From contig CAWEMM010000012.1 in the NCBI GenBank assembly GCA_963810095.1, positions 256,001 through 320,000 on the forward strand: DNA of 64,000 nucleotides, read 5' to 3'. Shown piece after piece: positions 36,349 to 47,310 of this stretch (positions are counted from its first letter, which is position 1; every line of letters starts with the position of its first letter). A program made the position numbers and the translations under genes. The notes beneath the pieces are model-generated. The model was not told where the DNA came from. It did not search any database and worked only from the letters and a program-made list of their open reading frames with translations. The stretch is from an uncultured Chloroflexia bacterium (GTDB lineage: Bacteria > Chloroflexota > Anaerolineae > CG2-30-64-16).

Positions 36349-37729
36349 TCAATCCGCAGCAGCGAGCACGTCTGCCGCCGACACGCGCGCCTTCGACGCG
36401 AACGCGGCGACGCCCACCCGCTGAAGCAGCCAGATGGAGACGAACAGGCCCCCGGCTTCGATGATGAAGACGGCTGCGTACGCGGCGCTGTAGCTGCCCG
36501 TGAGCGAGAGCGCGACGTCGCGCACGATGCCGCCCGCAGCAATGCCCGCCCCCCGGGAAATCAGCTGGATCACCGACCAAAGGGCCAGGTAAGTTCCGGC
36601 CTGGCTTTCCTGGTTTACCGCCATCAGCAGGCTCACCCCACCCACGGTGAAGATGCCGAACCCCAGGCCGAAAAAGATGAGCGTCGGCATGACCATCGGC
36701 AGCGCCTCGCGCAGTGCGACAGCGCCCAGCAGCAGGAGGGGCAGCCCCAGCAGCACCAGGCCCCAGGACGTGGTGCTGACCTGCTGATCCGGCCGCCTGC
36801 GCCGTGTCAGAATGAGTGTGCCCACCATGCCCACGATCACGCCCGTGCCCCAGTAGGCATTGAAACGGGTTGTCTGACCCACGGCCAGCCCAAACACGTC
36901 ACCCCCGAACGGCTCGAGGATCGCATCCTGCATGAAGGCGAAGAAGGCCGAGACTGCGAGGAAGATGGCATAGCGCCGGGCACGCGGGTTGGCCCAGATG
37001 GCCGAGACGGCCTCGCGGATCGACGGCTGCGCTGCGAGTTCATCCTGCGCGGGGCGTCCGCCGCCTTCGGGAACGTGGGGCGACAAACGCCTTGACCGCC
37101 GCTCCTCGCCAACGACGGAAATGAACCAGAAGAAGGCCGCGCCGCCGACGCCGACGAGGACCAGCCGCGTGAAGGCGGCCGGATCATAGACCGGCATCAG
37201 GCGCGGCATAGAGGGCCGGGATGAAGGCGAAGCTGACCACGAGCATCAGTTGCACGATGCCCATCGCCTGGCCGCGCTTGTCATAGGGTGCGCTGTCGTG
37301 CACCAGGGCCAGAAACGGGGCGCCGGAAATCAAGGTGCCCGCGCCGTAAACCACGAACGAAAGCACGGCCAGCGCCCAGCCCAGCGGTGAGCCGGGATCG
37401 CGCGTGATCGCTACGGTCGACAGCGGCAGCAGCGGCAGTGCGAGCAGCATGAGCAGCCGGCCCAGCCAGATGTAGGCCACCCGGCGGCTGCCCAGGATGG
37501 GCCGGGTGTCCGACCGCCGGCCGGCCCACAAAGAGAGCGGCGCCAGAAAGTAGCGCAGGGCCGACAAGAGCGCCACCGGCCAGGCTGCAATGCCGAGGTC
37601 GCTGATGAGCACCCGGTTCCAGACCGCGGACGTCAACAGATCGGCAAACGAAGAACCGATATGAAAAGAACCGAGTTTTAGCGAGCGACGGATGCTGAAC
37701 TCGGGTTCGTGTGGGTCAGTATTTGGCAT
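36349..37729 (-). CDS. BCD/PucC-family MFS transporter (one frameshift)
   Basis: WNRVLISDL, WAGRRSD..RRVAYIWLG, QDAILEPFGGDVFG, GTYLALW. Confidence 0.85.
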
Positions 37730-37803
37730 GGCGTCAATCTAGCGGAAATCGCCCTGTTCGACAGTAAGGAGGATGCCAGCACGCCCCGCAAGGCCCGGTT
37801 AAG

Positions 37804-37866
37804 CACAAAGACACGAAGGGGCACTCCGCCCTCCTTCGTGTCTTCGTGTCTTCGTGTCTTTGTGGT
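37804..37866. repeat. CACAAAGACACGAAG / CTTCGTGTCTTTGTGG inverted repeat with 8-bp tandem units
   Basis: (CTTCGTGT)x3; related pairs at 39006-39083, 39991-40047 and 58081-58200. Confidence 0.8.
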
Positions 37867-37878
37867 CGGTTTGCGGAC

Positions 37879-38925
37879 TTACGCAAGGACCTCGCGCACC
37901 GCTTGCAGCGTCGCGGCGATGTCTTCCCGCGTCACGTGGTAATTCGTCACGGCACGAACGCGACGAGGGTCCATGTCGGCCATCCGCACGCCGTATGCTT
38001 CCAGCCGCTCGGAGAAGGTGACGGCGTCCATGTCGGGTCGGAGAATCTTGAAGAAGACGATGTCGGTGCGCACCGACACCGGCTCGACCTCGATGCCGGG
38101 CAGGTCCGCCAGGCCTGCGGCCAGCGCCTCGGCGTTCGAGTGGTCGTCGGCCAGGCGGTCGACCATTTCGTCCAGCGCCACGATGCCCGCTGCTGCGAGG
38201 ATGCCCACCTGGCGCATGCCCCCGCCTAGCACCTTGCGGTTGCGGTGAGCCTGGGTAATGAACTCCCGGCTTCCACAGATGATGGAACCGACCGGCGCAG
38301 CCAACCCCTTGCTGAGGCAGAACGTCACCGAGTCCGCATCCCTGACGAGCTCCTTAGCATCGACGCCCAACGCGACCGACGCATTGAAAAGGCGCGCACC
38401 GTCGATGTGCAGGCGCAGGCCGCGACTGTGCGCGAGGTCCGCGACCCGGCGGGTGTACTCCACCGTGAGCGGGACGCCGCCGCACCGGTTGTGCGTGTTC
38501 TCCAGGCAGATCAGCCGGGTGCGTGGCGCGTGGATGTCGTCGGGGCGGATGGCCGCCGCAAGCTCGCCCAGGTCCATCGTACCGTCAGCTTGGTTCTTAA
38601 CCAGGTGCGGCATGATGCCGCCCAGGGCCGCGCAGCCGCCCTGCTCGTAGCGGAACGTGTGCGACTGGTCGCCCATGATCGCTTCGTCGCCGCGGCCGCA
38701 ATGGGTCAGCAGGCTGACGAGGTTGCCCTGGGTTCCCGAGGCGACAAAAAGGCCGGCCTCCTTGCCCAGGCGCGCCGCCGCCTTCTCTTCGAGGCAGTGC
38801 ACTGTGGGGTCTTCGCCCCACACATCGTCGCCCACTTCGGCATCGGCCATCGCCTGGCGCATGGCCGGAGTCGGCTTCGTGAACGTGTCACTTCGCATTT
38901 CAATGATATGATCCATGCTACGCAT
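37879..38925 (-). CDS. ltaE: Low-specificity L-threonine aldolase
   Basis: RSDT, VGDDVWGEDPTV, SGTQGN, ENTHN, HIDGARLFN, CLSKGL, RKVLGGGMRQ. Confidence 0.93.
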   Translation of the reverse strand: MRSMDHIIEMRSDTFTKPTPAMRQAMADAEVGDDVWGEDPTVHCLEEKAAARLGKEAGLFVASGTQGNLVSLLTHCGRGDEAIMGDQSHTFRYEQGGCAALGGIMPHLVKNQADGTMDLGELAAAIRPDDIHAPRTRLICLENTHNRCGGVPLTVEYTRRVADLAHSRGLRLHIDGARLFNASVALGVDAKELVRDADSVTFCLSKGLAAPVGSIICGSREFITQAHRNRKVLGGGMRQVGILAAAGIVALDEMVDRLADDHSNAEALAAGLADLPGIEVEPVSVRTDIVFFKILRPDMDAVTFSERLEAYGVRMADMDPRRVRAVTNYHVTREDIAATLQAVREVLA

Positions 38926-38963
38926 AAAAGAAAAATCCTCCCTGTGCAGGGAGGATTATACCA
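38926..38963 (-). promoter_or_regulatory. Overlapping extended -10, hairpin + U tract and SD upstream of ltaE
   Basis: Minus strand TGGTATAATCCTCCCTGCACAGGGAGGATTTTTCTTTTATG; perfect 11-bp arms 38934-38944 and 38947-38957. Confidence 0.6.
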
Positions 38964-39005
38964 TACGCGCCGCAGGCGAACCCGATTTACGACGATAACT
39001 GACCA

Positions 39006-39083
39006 ACCGCAGAGACACTAAGAATCCCGGAGAACAAGAGAATGACCTTCGCCGACCTCTGTGTCTTGGTGTCTTTGTGGTGA
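39006..39083. repeat. ACCGCAGAGACAC / GTGTCTTTGTGGT repeat pair
   Basis: Same family as 37804-37866. Confidence 0.7.
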
Positions 39084-39102
39084 GAACTCACGCACGCATC
39101 GG

Positions 39103-39912
39103 CTAGTACTTCCGCACCAGCGCCCGATACGCTGCGGGCTGGCGGCACTGGAAAATCTGCGACTCCTCGCGCACCGTGCGAATTTCGTCCAGGTCCACCG
39201 TGGCGACGGCATACCCCTCCGCCGCGTCCAGGCACGTGTGCACCTGCCCGCGCGGGCCCACCAACATGGACTCGCCGCCGAAGGTGTAGCTCGGCTCCTT
39301 CCCGATGCGGTTCGCCGCCGCCAGGTAGACTGCATTCTCGCAGGCCCGCGCGACGGTGAAGGCCCGCCACGCCTCCATCTGGTCACTGGTCCATGCGGCG
39401 GGCGCGACGATCAGGTCTGCGCCGTCGAGCGCCAGACCGCGCGCGACCTCGGGAAACGCCATGTCCCAGCCGATCATGACGCCGAGCCCGCCAAATTCGG
39501 TGTCGAATATCGGCATGCGGTAGCCGGGGCGAAAGGCGAGTCGCTCCTCGCCCTGGAGGTGCAGCTTGCGATAGTCGCCCAGCAGCTCGCCGTCCGGCCC
39601 AATCACCACGGCCGCGTCGAACAGAATGCTCTCGACCTTTTCCTTGACGGGCATGCCGAACACGACGTACACGCTGAACTCCGCCGCCTTGCCCGCAATA
39701 TAGGACACGGCATGGCCGGTCACCCGTTCGGCCAGCCGCGTAAAATTCAAGCCGCACTCGTAGCCTGACAGCGCCAGTTCCGGAAAAACGATGAGGTTGG
39801 TCGGCTGCTCGCTGCAGATGCGTTGGATGTAGCTCCCCATCCGGCGGAGGTTCTCTTCATTATCGTTGATCGCCGGCGTCATTTGGGCCAAAGCAATCGT
39901 CACTTCTCGCAT
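39103..39912 (-). CDS. Carbon-nitrogen hydrolase (nitrilase family)
   Basis: ALAQM, FPELALSGY, YRKLHL, ARACEN; nucleophile motif reads MIGWD instead of ICYD. Confidence 0.88.
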   Translation of the reverse strand: MREVTIALAQMTPAINDNEENLRRMGSYIQRICSEQPTNLIVFPELALSGYECGLNFTRLAERVTGHAVSYIAGKAAEFSVYVVFGMPVKEKVESILFDAAVVIGPDGELLGDYRKLHLQGEERLAFRPGYRMPIFDTEFGGLGVMIGWDMAFPEVARGLALDGADLIVAPAAWTSDQMEAWRAFTVARACENAVYLAAANRIGKEPSYTFGGESMLVGPRGQVHTCLDAAEGYAVATVDLDEIRTVREESQIFQCRQPAAYRALVRKY

Positions 39913-40047
39913 CGTAAGGCTCCTCTCGCTAATTGTGCACCATTTTAGAACATTTGTTGGCAAATTGCAAGTGCGGCTTTGCCGCATAGGCACAAAGACA
40001 CCGGATGTTCGCAAAGTTTTATTGCCATCCTTGTGTCTCGGTGGTAA

Positions 40048-40413
40048 TTATTCTCGGCCGGTCGGCAGGCCCTCCCACAGCCGCTCGACGTGGTCCATGC
40101 CCCGCCAACCGAATCGCCCGAGGTCGACGTGCCCGCTCGCATCGAACACCACGCCTTCCTCCTCGAGCAGCGCCCGCTGCAGGTCGGCCCCCAGGTCCAC
40201 CCGCGAGATACTGATACGCCCTCGGCTGTTGATGACCCGCTGCCACGGCACATCGTCGACATCGCTGCCGCGCAGCGCGTTAAGCGCCCACCCCACCGTG
40301 CGCGCGGCCTGCGGGTGGCCGAGCAGCGCCGCGATCTGGCCGTAAGAGGCAACCTGGCCGCGCGGAATCTGGCGCACGACGGCGTAAACCCGGTCGAAGA
40401 AACTGGGCTCCAC
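40048..40413 (-). CDS. Alkyltransferase-like protein (ATL, MGMT family)
   Basis: IPRGQVASYGQIA, ARTVGWAL, PWQRVINSRG (Trp in place of Cys); SD GAGGAGG before GTG. Confidence 0.9.
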   Translation of the reverse strand: MEPSFFDRVYAVVRQIPRGQVASYGQIAALLGHPQAARTVGWALNALRGSDVDDVPWQRVINSRGRISISRVDLGADLQRALLEEEGVVFDASGHVDLGRFGWRGMDHVERLWEGLPTGRE

Positions 40414-40676
40414 ACGAACCTCCTCATGGCCGGCCGGCGTAAGATGGAATAGGACGCTGATTGAACGGATCGGACTGATGATCATGATCTTTTACCCTAA
40501 GGACAGTTCCGATCAGTTGCACGACTACTTGCGGGCATTGTACTGCGGGTGGGCGAGCGTGCCAACGCCGGGACCGCCGTTTCGGGGCCTGGGCGCATAG
40601 GCTGAATATGGTAAAATGCACGAGTACGACGTGGTTTGAGCGAATGCGAGCGATGAGGCGAAAGGCAGTGGCTTCT

Positions 40677-43340
40677 ATGACGAATCCCTTCAATCCGTTC
40701 GATAAGGTGCTGGCCCCCGCCACCTCGGGCGCCGGCGAGAAGCGGCGCACAGCGAGCGCACGGGGCAACGGGGGTTGGCTGCTCATGGGGGATGACCCGG
40801 ACCGCACTGTGCGGGCGGGCCGGCGGCGGCGCACTGAGGGCGACCCGGCGCAGCGCGAGCGTGCTGAGGCGCCCGAGCGACACGATGCACCCCCGCCCTC
40901 TTCCGGCGGCGGCGGGGGCGGTGGGGGCGGCTGGCGCCCGACCGGGGGCGGCGGTGGGGGTGGGTTCAACCTGCCGGGCGGCACCCGCGGCGCGGCTGGC
41001 GGCGGGATGGGCCTGGTGATGCTCTGCGTGTTGATCGCGTTCTTCCTGCTGACGCGCGGCGGGGGCGGCGGCGGTAGCACGGATCAGCAAAGCGGCCAGG
41101 TAGGCCAGGAGCCGCTGCCCACCCAGAGCGCGGGCGGATTGCTGGGCCAATTGGCCGGCACCGAAGCCCCGCTGCCCACCCGCGCGCCCATTGCGACCGC
41201 CCGGGCAACGCGAACCCCGTCGAACGCGGGCGGCCAAGCGGGTGGTGGCCAGGCAAGCGGCGGTCAGTCGGACGCGGCCGCGGGCGTCACGCCGGGGCAA
41301 ACCTGGACCGTGATGCTCTACCAGGACGCGGACGACAAGATCCTCGAAGAGGACATCTTCATCGACTTCAACGAGGCCGAACGAGTCGGTTCGACGGACC
41401 GGGTCAAGGTGGTCGCCCAGATGGACCGCTATAAGGGCGGATTCAGCGGCGACGGCAACTGGACGAGCACCCGGCGCTACGAGCTGAGCCGCGATAGTGA
41501 CCTCAACCGGATTAAGTCGAAGCTCGTTTCCGAAGGCGAAGTAAATATGTCGTCGGGCGACACCCTGGCCGACTTCGTCACCTGGGCCGCGCAGACCTAC
41601 CCCGCCGACAAATACGTGCTGATCCTCTCGGACCACGGGATGGGCTGGCCGGGCGGGTGGTCGGACCCCGACCCCGGCCGCCAGGGACAGCAAGTCGACC
41701 GGCGGGTACCCCTGGAAGGGGCGATCGGCGACAACCTGTTCCTCAACGAGCTTGACGCAGCCCTGGCGAAGGCGCGGCAGCAGGCGGGTATCGACAAGTT
41801 CGAGCTGATCGGCCTGGACGCGTGCCTAATGGGCCACGTCGAGGTGATGGATGCGCTCGCGCCGCACGGCCGCTACGCCGTCTTCTCGCAGGAGACCGAG
41901 CCCTCGCTTGGCTGGGCCTACACCGCCTTCCTGAACAGCCTCGTGAAAAACCCCGACGTGGACGGCGCGGCGCTGGCCAAGGCCATCGTGCAGAGCTACA
42001 TCGACCAGGACCAGCGGGTAGTCGACGACCAGGCGCGCAACGACTGGATTGGCCGCGGCAACCCCGTCAACGGCGGCGCCAGCCTCCAGCAGGTACGCGG
42101 CGAGCTGAACCGCGATATCACGCTGACTGCCGTCGACCTGAGCAAGACCGGGGCGCTGATCCAGGGCCTCAACCAGCTCGCGTTTTCGATGCAGAATGTC
42201 GATCAGAGCGCAGTCGCGAAGGCCAGGCGCTACACGCAGTCGTTCACCTCGATCTTTGGTGATCAAGTGCCGCCTTCATACATCGACCTGGGCCACTTCC
42301 TCGTGCTGCTGACGCAGGCAACGAAGGACCAGGGCGTCGGCCAGGCGGCCCGGACGCTGGCGCAAGACCTGACGCAGGCAGTCATTGCCAAGAAGAGCGG
42401 GCAGAACAAACCGGGCGCGACGGGGCTGTCGATCTACTTCCCCGTCGGCCAGCTGTACCAATCCGCGGCAGCCGGGCCGCAATCGTACACGGCCATCGCC
42501 GACCGGTTCGCGAACGACTCATTGTGGGACGAGTACCTCGCGTTCCATTACGGCGGGCGGACGTTCCAGGAGGATGCTCAAGGGGTCGCGGCGCTGGCTG
42601 GGGGTGTGACGCGCGCGCCGGGCGCAGGCAAGATCACGCTGTCGCCGGTGCAGAAGGACAAGGCCCAAGTCGCCATTCGGGACAAGGTGCTGCTCAGCAC
42701 CAACGTCAGCGGGAACAACCTCGGCTATGTCTACTTCTTCACGGGTTACCTGGACAAGCAGAGCAACTCGATGTTCGTCATCGACCAGGACTACCTCGAG
42801 GCGCCGCAGACCAAAGAGGCGGGCGGCGTGTACTACCCCGACTGGGGCCAGGGCGACTTCAAGCTCGAGTTCGAGTGGGAGCCGCTGGCCTATGCAATCA
42901 ACGACGGTCAGACGCGGGCGCAGGCCGCCCTGATGCCCGAGAGCTACGGCCAGAACTACGAGGATACCGTCTATACGGTCGACGGCCTCTACACGTACCA
43001 GGACGGCGAGCAGCGCTATGCTCGGGCCTATTTCCGTGATGGGCTGCTGCGCAAGGTCATGGGGTTCAACCAGGCGCAGGGGGATCCGGGCGCGCCGTGG
43101 GAGATCACGGTAACGCCGGGCGACAAGTTCACGGTGTACGAGACGTGGCTGGAGCCGGATGGCCAGGGCGGGCTCAAGCGGGGCCAGCAGGAAGGGAAGA
43201 CGCTGACCTTCCAGAGCGACCAGCCGTTCAAGTGGGAGGAGCTGGACGCGGCCGCCGGGGATTACGTCGTGGGCTTCATCGCCGCCGACCTGGAAGGAAA
43301 CACGACTGCCGCGTACACCACCGTCACCGTGCTGCCGTAG
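40677..43340 (+). CDS. Membrane-anchored clostripain-family (C11) cysteine peptidase
   Basis: WTVMLYQDAD, catalytic SDHG and GLDACLM, SQETEP; Gly-rich N-terminus and TM. Confidence 0.9.
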   Translation: MTNPFNPFDKVLAPATSGAGEKRRTASARGNGGWLLMGDDPDRTVRAGRRRRTEGDPAQRERAEAPERHDAPPPSSGGGGGGGGGWRPTGGGGGGGFNLPGGTRGAAGGGMGLVMLCVLIAFFLLTRGGGGGGSTDQQSGQVGQEPLPTQSAGGLLGQLAGTEAPLPTRAPIATARATRTPSNAGGQAGGGQASGGQSDAAAGVTPGQTWTVMLYQDADDKILEEDIFIDFNEAERVGSTDRVKVVAQMDRYKGGFSGDGNWTSTRRYELSRDSDLNRIKSKLVSEGEVNMSSGDTLADFVTWAAQTYPADKYVLILSDHGMGWPGGWSDPDPGRQGQQVDRRVPLEGAIGDNLFLNELDAALAKARQQAGIDKFELIGLDACLMGHVEVMDALAPHGRYAVFSQETEPSLGWAYTAFLNSLVKNPDVDGAALAKAIVQSYIDQDQRVVDDQARNDWIGRGNPVNGGASLQQVRGELNRDITLTAVDLSKTGALIQGLNQLAFSMQNVDQSAVAKARRYTQSFTSIFGDQVPPSYIDLGHFLVLLTQATKDQGVGQAARTLAQDLTQAVIAKKSGQNKPGATGLSIYFPVGQLYQSAAAGPQSYTAIADRFANDSLWDEYLAFHYGGRTFQEDAQGVAALAGGVTRAPGAGKITLSPVQKDKAQVAIRDKVLLSTNVSGNNLGYVYFFTGYLDKQSNSMFVIDQDYLEAPQTKEAGGVYYPDWGQGDFKLEFEWEPLAYAINDGQTRAQAALMPESYGQNYEDTVYTVDGLYTYQDGEQRYARAYFRDGLLRKVMGFNQAQGDPGAPWEITVTPGDKFTVYETWLEPDGQGGLKRGQQEGKTLTFQSDQPFKWEELDAAAGDYVVGFIAADLEGNTTAAYTTVTVLP

Positions 43341-43363
43341 CAACTATACAGCTCCAGTATGTT

Positions 43364-43390
43364 GTAGGGGCGACCAGTGATCGCCCCTAC
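43364..43390. repeat. GTAG-type REP hairpin
   Basis: GTAGGGGCGA-CCAGTGA-TCGCCCCTAC, perfect 10-bp stem. Confidence 0.75.
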
Positions 43391-43603
43391 TGCCCTCACG
43401 ACCCCCCTAGCCCCGCGTTGCTTCTTGCCTCACGCCTCGCGTCCCCTGCCAAGTTAGTATATAATGAGGTCGCTGCTCCCTTGTGCTGACTCTCCATGTC
43501 TGGCGCGCCCGCCCGCGGCCGCGCTCCAGGCCCACCGACTCCGTCCATGGAGACGTCGCAAAGCAGTACAAACTCATAGGGTTCTCCGTCAGGAGGCACC
43601 ATC

Positions 43604-45616
43604 ATGAAGCTCCTCTGTTTGCGGCTCATCACCCTGGCGACCCTGCTCATCCTGATCTTCCCGGCCAGCGCCTTCGCGGCCGGTCCGCAGCCGGAGCGAC
43701 CCACGCCGGCGCGCAGTCCGGCAGATCTCCCCGGCCGCGTGTTTCTCCCTGTAGTTCAGAACGACATCCCCCTCTTGGCCCCGATCGTGCCGGCGACGAC
43801 CAAAGTCCTCGACGCAACCACCGGCGAGCATCTCGCGGCCGTCTCACCCGATGGCGCGACCTTCACCTTCGATCAGAACACGCCCATATTGCAGGCCCTC
43901 GCTCCCGGCAACATCCTCGTCAGCGCGCCCGTGGCTGCTGCGCCAGACGGTTTTCTGCGCCGCGTGACGAGCATCGAGACGACGGGCGGCGCTGTGGTCG
44001 TACAGACCGAGCCCGCAACGCTGGAGGACGCCGTCGAGCAAGGCGAAGTGCGTCTGACCGAGGATTTGTCTGCTGCCGGGATGGCCCCCCGCGAGTTGGC
44101 GCCGGGGGTTGTGCTGCGGCCTTCCTCGACCACCGCTCCGCAGGCCGACTTCGTCGTCGATCTAAAGGATGTCGTTGTCGTCGACCTCGATGGCCTCCAA
44201 AGCACGACGGACGACCAGGTGCGGGCGAATGGCAGCATCCGCCTGAAGCCCAGTCTGAAGTTCAATCTGCGCATCCGGCGCTGGACGGTGGAAACACTGG
44301 AGTTGACGGCCGCGGCACGGGAGACCACCGACCTGAAGTTCGAAAGCAGGATGTCGGCAAGCTTCCTCAATACGGAGAAGCAGCTCGGCAACCCCATCCA
44401 TTTACACACAGACACGTTATGGATCGGCCCTGTGCCGGTCGTGTTGACGCTCGTGCTCACGTTCCAGGTGGGCAGCGAGGGGAGCGTGCACGTGGGCGTG
44501 TCCGCGGGCGTGCAGCAGGAACTGAACGCAACGTACGGCCTCAAGTACGCCAACCAGGCATGGAGCCCGGTGACCGACTTTTCGAACACCTATACCTACA
44601 CGCCGCCGACCATCGACGCGGGGCTGGATCTGAAAGGGTATGCGAGCGCCCGCCTGAGTGTGCTGGCCTACGGTCTGGCCGGCATGGACGCCGCGCTGGA
44701 GGCCTACCTGAAGCTGGAGGCGGACCCATGCGCCAACCCGTGGTGGCAGCTCTACGGCGGCTTGCGGGCGCCGGTCGGGGTGCGCGTCGACCTGTTCGGT
44801 TACAAAACCATCGTCAACAAAGAGCTGATTGCTATCGACAAGCGCATCTGGCTCGCAGCCGCAAGCGGCGGCCTGCTGAACTGCAATGCCGGGCTGGTGC
44901 CGGCCGGTCCCTTCAAAATGGGGTGCGACGCATCGCGCGATCCCTGGTGCTATCCTGAGTCAGATCAACTCCCCCTGCACACGGCGTACCTCGGCGCGTA
45001 CCGGATCGACGTGACGGAGGTAACAAATGCCCAGTTCGCGCTCTGCGTTGCGATGGGCAAATGTACGCCACCCTCCTCCACCTGGTCCGAGACGCACTCG
45101 TCGTATTACGGCAACCCCGCCTTCGCCGACTACCCGGTCATCTACGTGAACTGGCACCAGGCGGACGCGTACTGCCGCTGGGTCGGCAAGCGGCTGCCGA
45201 CCGAAGCCGAATGGGAGAAGGCGGCGCGCGGCTCTCGCGACACCCGCACCTACCCGTGGGGAGACGCCGCGCCGGACTGTTCTTACGCGGGCCACGCAAC
45301 GTACCCCAGTGGGCACTGCACCCCAGACACCAGCCCGGTGGGCAGCTTTCCGAAGGATGTCAGCCCGTACGGCGTGCAGGACATGGCGAGCAACGTGGTT
45401 GAATGGGTCAGCGACTGGTACAGTCCGACCTACTACAGCGTCTCACCGGGCGCGAACCCGGCCGGACCGGCAAGCGGCTACGAGAAGGTGCAGCGCGGCG
45501 GCGCCTGGAACACGCACGAGGTGTCGCTCCGGGTCGCCTATCGGGGACACGTGCTCCCCACCACGCTCGGCGCAAACGATCTCGGCTTCCGCTGCGCAGT
45601 CAGCGTCGCACCGTAG
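43604..45616 (+). CDS. Secreted protein with C-terminal FGE-sulfatase (SUMF1-like) domain
   Basis: Signal peptide; [47 protein letters not shown]. Confidence 0.88.
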   Translation: MKLLCLRLITLATLLILIFPASAFAAGPQPERPTPARSPADLPGRVFLPVVQNDIPLLAPIVPATTKVLDATTGEHLAAVSPDGATFTFDQNTPILQALAPGNILVSAPVAAAPDGFLRRVTSIETTGGAVVVQTEPATLEDAVEQGEVRLTEDLSAAGMAPRELAPGVVLRPSSTTAPQADFVVDLKDVVVVDLDGLQSTTDDQVRANGSIRLKPSLKFNLRIRRWTVETLELTAAARETTDLKFESRMSASFLNTEKQLGNPIHLHTDTLWIGPVPVVLTLVLTFQVGSEGSVHVGVSAGVQQELNATYGLKYANQAWSPVTDFSNTYTYTPPTIDAGLDLKGYASARLSVLAYGLAGMDAALEAYLKLEADPCANPWWQLYGGLRAPVGVRVDLFGYKTIVNKELIAIDKRIWLAAASGGLLNCNAGLVPAGPFKMGCDASRDPWCYPESDQLPLHTAYLGAYRIDVTEVTNAQFALCVAMGKCTPPSSTWSETHSSYYGNPAFADYPVIYVNWHQADAYCRWVGKRLPTEAEWEKAARGSRDTRTYPWGDAAPDCSYAGHATYPSGHCTPDTSPVGSFPKDVSPYGVQDMASNVVEWVSDWYSPTYYSVSPGANPAGPASGYEKVQRGGAWNTHEVSLRVAYRGHVLPTTLGANDLGFRCAVSVAP

Positions 45617-45819
45617 GCGAAACCCCGGACGGCGGATGGGAGAGCGAGCGGTCTTCACGGCAGGACGGCTCGGGTCTGCGCTCCAAGACGCTGGCGTATC
45701 TTCGAAGCGGGTGTCGCTGCTGAGGCCCTGCGCATCTTTGGCGTATAATGAGGGTCGGTTTCTCCTTCCGCCGCTGGCGCTGCCCGGCGAACGCCTAACT
45801 TGCCGGAGGTCCCCGCCCC

Positions 45820-47310
45820 ATGCACACCGCTCGCTTCGAAGTACTCAGCGCGGACGAACTCGCGCGCATCCATGCTGCTTCGCTCGCCATTCTCGCGGAG
45901 GTCGGCATCAAGGTCGACTATCCGACTGCCCGGGCGATCTTTCGTGACGCGGGTGCGCACGTCGACGACGAAAAGCAGGTAGTGCGCCTGCCGGAAGCCC
46001 TGGTCATGCGAGCCGTCGCGTCCGCGCCCAAAAGCTTCGCGCTCCACGGCATTGATCCTGCAGTCCGCTATCTCGTCGGGCCCGAGCAAGGGGGGCCCCT
46101 CTTCGCCGGCCTCGGCACGCCGACCCGTATCGCAGACCTGGACACCGGCGTGGTACGGGAGGTGACCTCGCAGGACGTGCTCGAGCACATCGTCTTGATC
46201 GACGGGCTCGACCACATCCACAACTCACAGATGGACGTGTGGCCGGCCGACATTCCGATGACCACCATCCACGCCGAGGCCATCTGGACCTGGGCGCATC
46301 ACAGCCGCAAGTCGTTCGGCATGGGCTGCTACGGCTACCTGCCCACCTGGGACATGATGCGGCTTATGGCGATTGCGGTGGGCGGCAAGGCGGAGCTGCG
46401 CCAGAGGCCGCGCTTCCTCGCCATCTGCTCGGTCGTTAGCCCGCTTCAGATGGCCCAGCAGCAGGCCGAAGGGCTCCTGATCTGTGCCGAGTACGGGCAG
46501 CCGCTCGCGATGTCGCCGGAAGCGATCGCGGGTGCCACTGCACCTGCGACGCTGGCGGGGCTACTCGTCCAGGAGAATGCAGGCATCCTGGCCCATATCG
46601 TCCTTGCGCAGATCTACCGCCCCGGCACGCCTGTGCTTTACGGCACGGTGTCCACCATCGCCAACATGCGGCATGGGACCGTGGCCCTGGGCGCGGCCGA
46701 AACGGGCTTGATTACGGCCGCGTCGGCGCAACTGGCGCGCTTCTACGGCCTGCCCTGCCGCTCGGTCGGCGGGGTGACCGAGAGCAAGCTGCCCGACGTG
46801 CAGGCGGGCCTCGAGCGCATGCAGACCCTGTTGCCGGCAGTCCTGGCGGGCGTGAACCTGATCACGTGCGGCGGCACGCTCGACAGCACACTGCTGGAGC
46901 ACCACGCGCTGCTCGTGCTCGACGACGAGGCGGCGGGGTCCGCGCTGCGGCTGGCGCGGGGGATCGAGGTGAGCGACGAGACGCTGGCGTTGGACCTGAT
47001 CCGGCAGATTAACCACACGGGGAATTACCTGGCCGAGCCGCACACCGTGGCGCACTTCCGCCGCGAGCACTACCAGCCGAAGCTGTTCGTGCGCGATCCC
47101 TGGGACACTTGGGAGAAGAGCGGCTGCCGGACCGCCATCGACAACGCCCGTGCACGGGCAAAAGAGATCCTCGGAAAGCACACGCCCAGGTCCCTCGACC
47201 CGGCAGTGGAGGCGGAGTTGCTGAGGCTGCGCGAGGCCATTGCCGCCCGGTCGCTGGAGGAGTTCTACAGCTACGAACTGCCCGAGCTGCAGAACCTGGA
47301 GGCTATATGA
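45820..47310 (+). CDS. Trimethylamine methyltransferase (MttB) superfamily, non-pyrrolysine
   Basis: IHAASLAILAEVGI, VSPLQ, GATAPATLAG, RFYGLP..SKLPDVQAG, YLAEPHT; no in-frame TAG. Confidence 0.9.
   Translation: MHTARFEVLSADELARIHAASLAILAEVGIKVDYPTARAIFRDAGAHVDDEKQVVRLPEALVMRAVASAPKSFALHGIDPAVRYLVGPEQGGPLFAGLGTPTRIADLDTGVVREVTSQDVLEHIVLIDGLDHIHNSQMDVWPADIPMTTIHAEAIWTWAHHSRKSFGMGCYGYLPTWDMMRLMAIAVGGKAELRQRPRFLAICSVVSPLQMAQQQAEGLLICAEYGQPLAMSPEAIAGATAPATLAGLLVQENAGILAHIVLAQIYRPGTPVLYGTVSTIANMRHGTVALGAAETGLITAASAQLARFYGLPCRSVGGVTESKLPDVQAGLERMQTLLPAVLAGVNLITCGGTLDSTLLEHHALLVLDDEAAGSALRLARGIEVSDETLALDLIRQINHTGNYLAEPHTVAHFRREHYQPKLFVRDPWDTWEKSGCRTAIDNARARAKEILGKHTPRSLDPAVEAELLRLREAIAARSLEEFYSYELPELQNLEAI

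Noticed and set aside
45820-47310. Pyrrolysine recoding in MttB
   Set aside because: The frame is open with no internal TAG.
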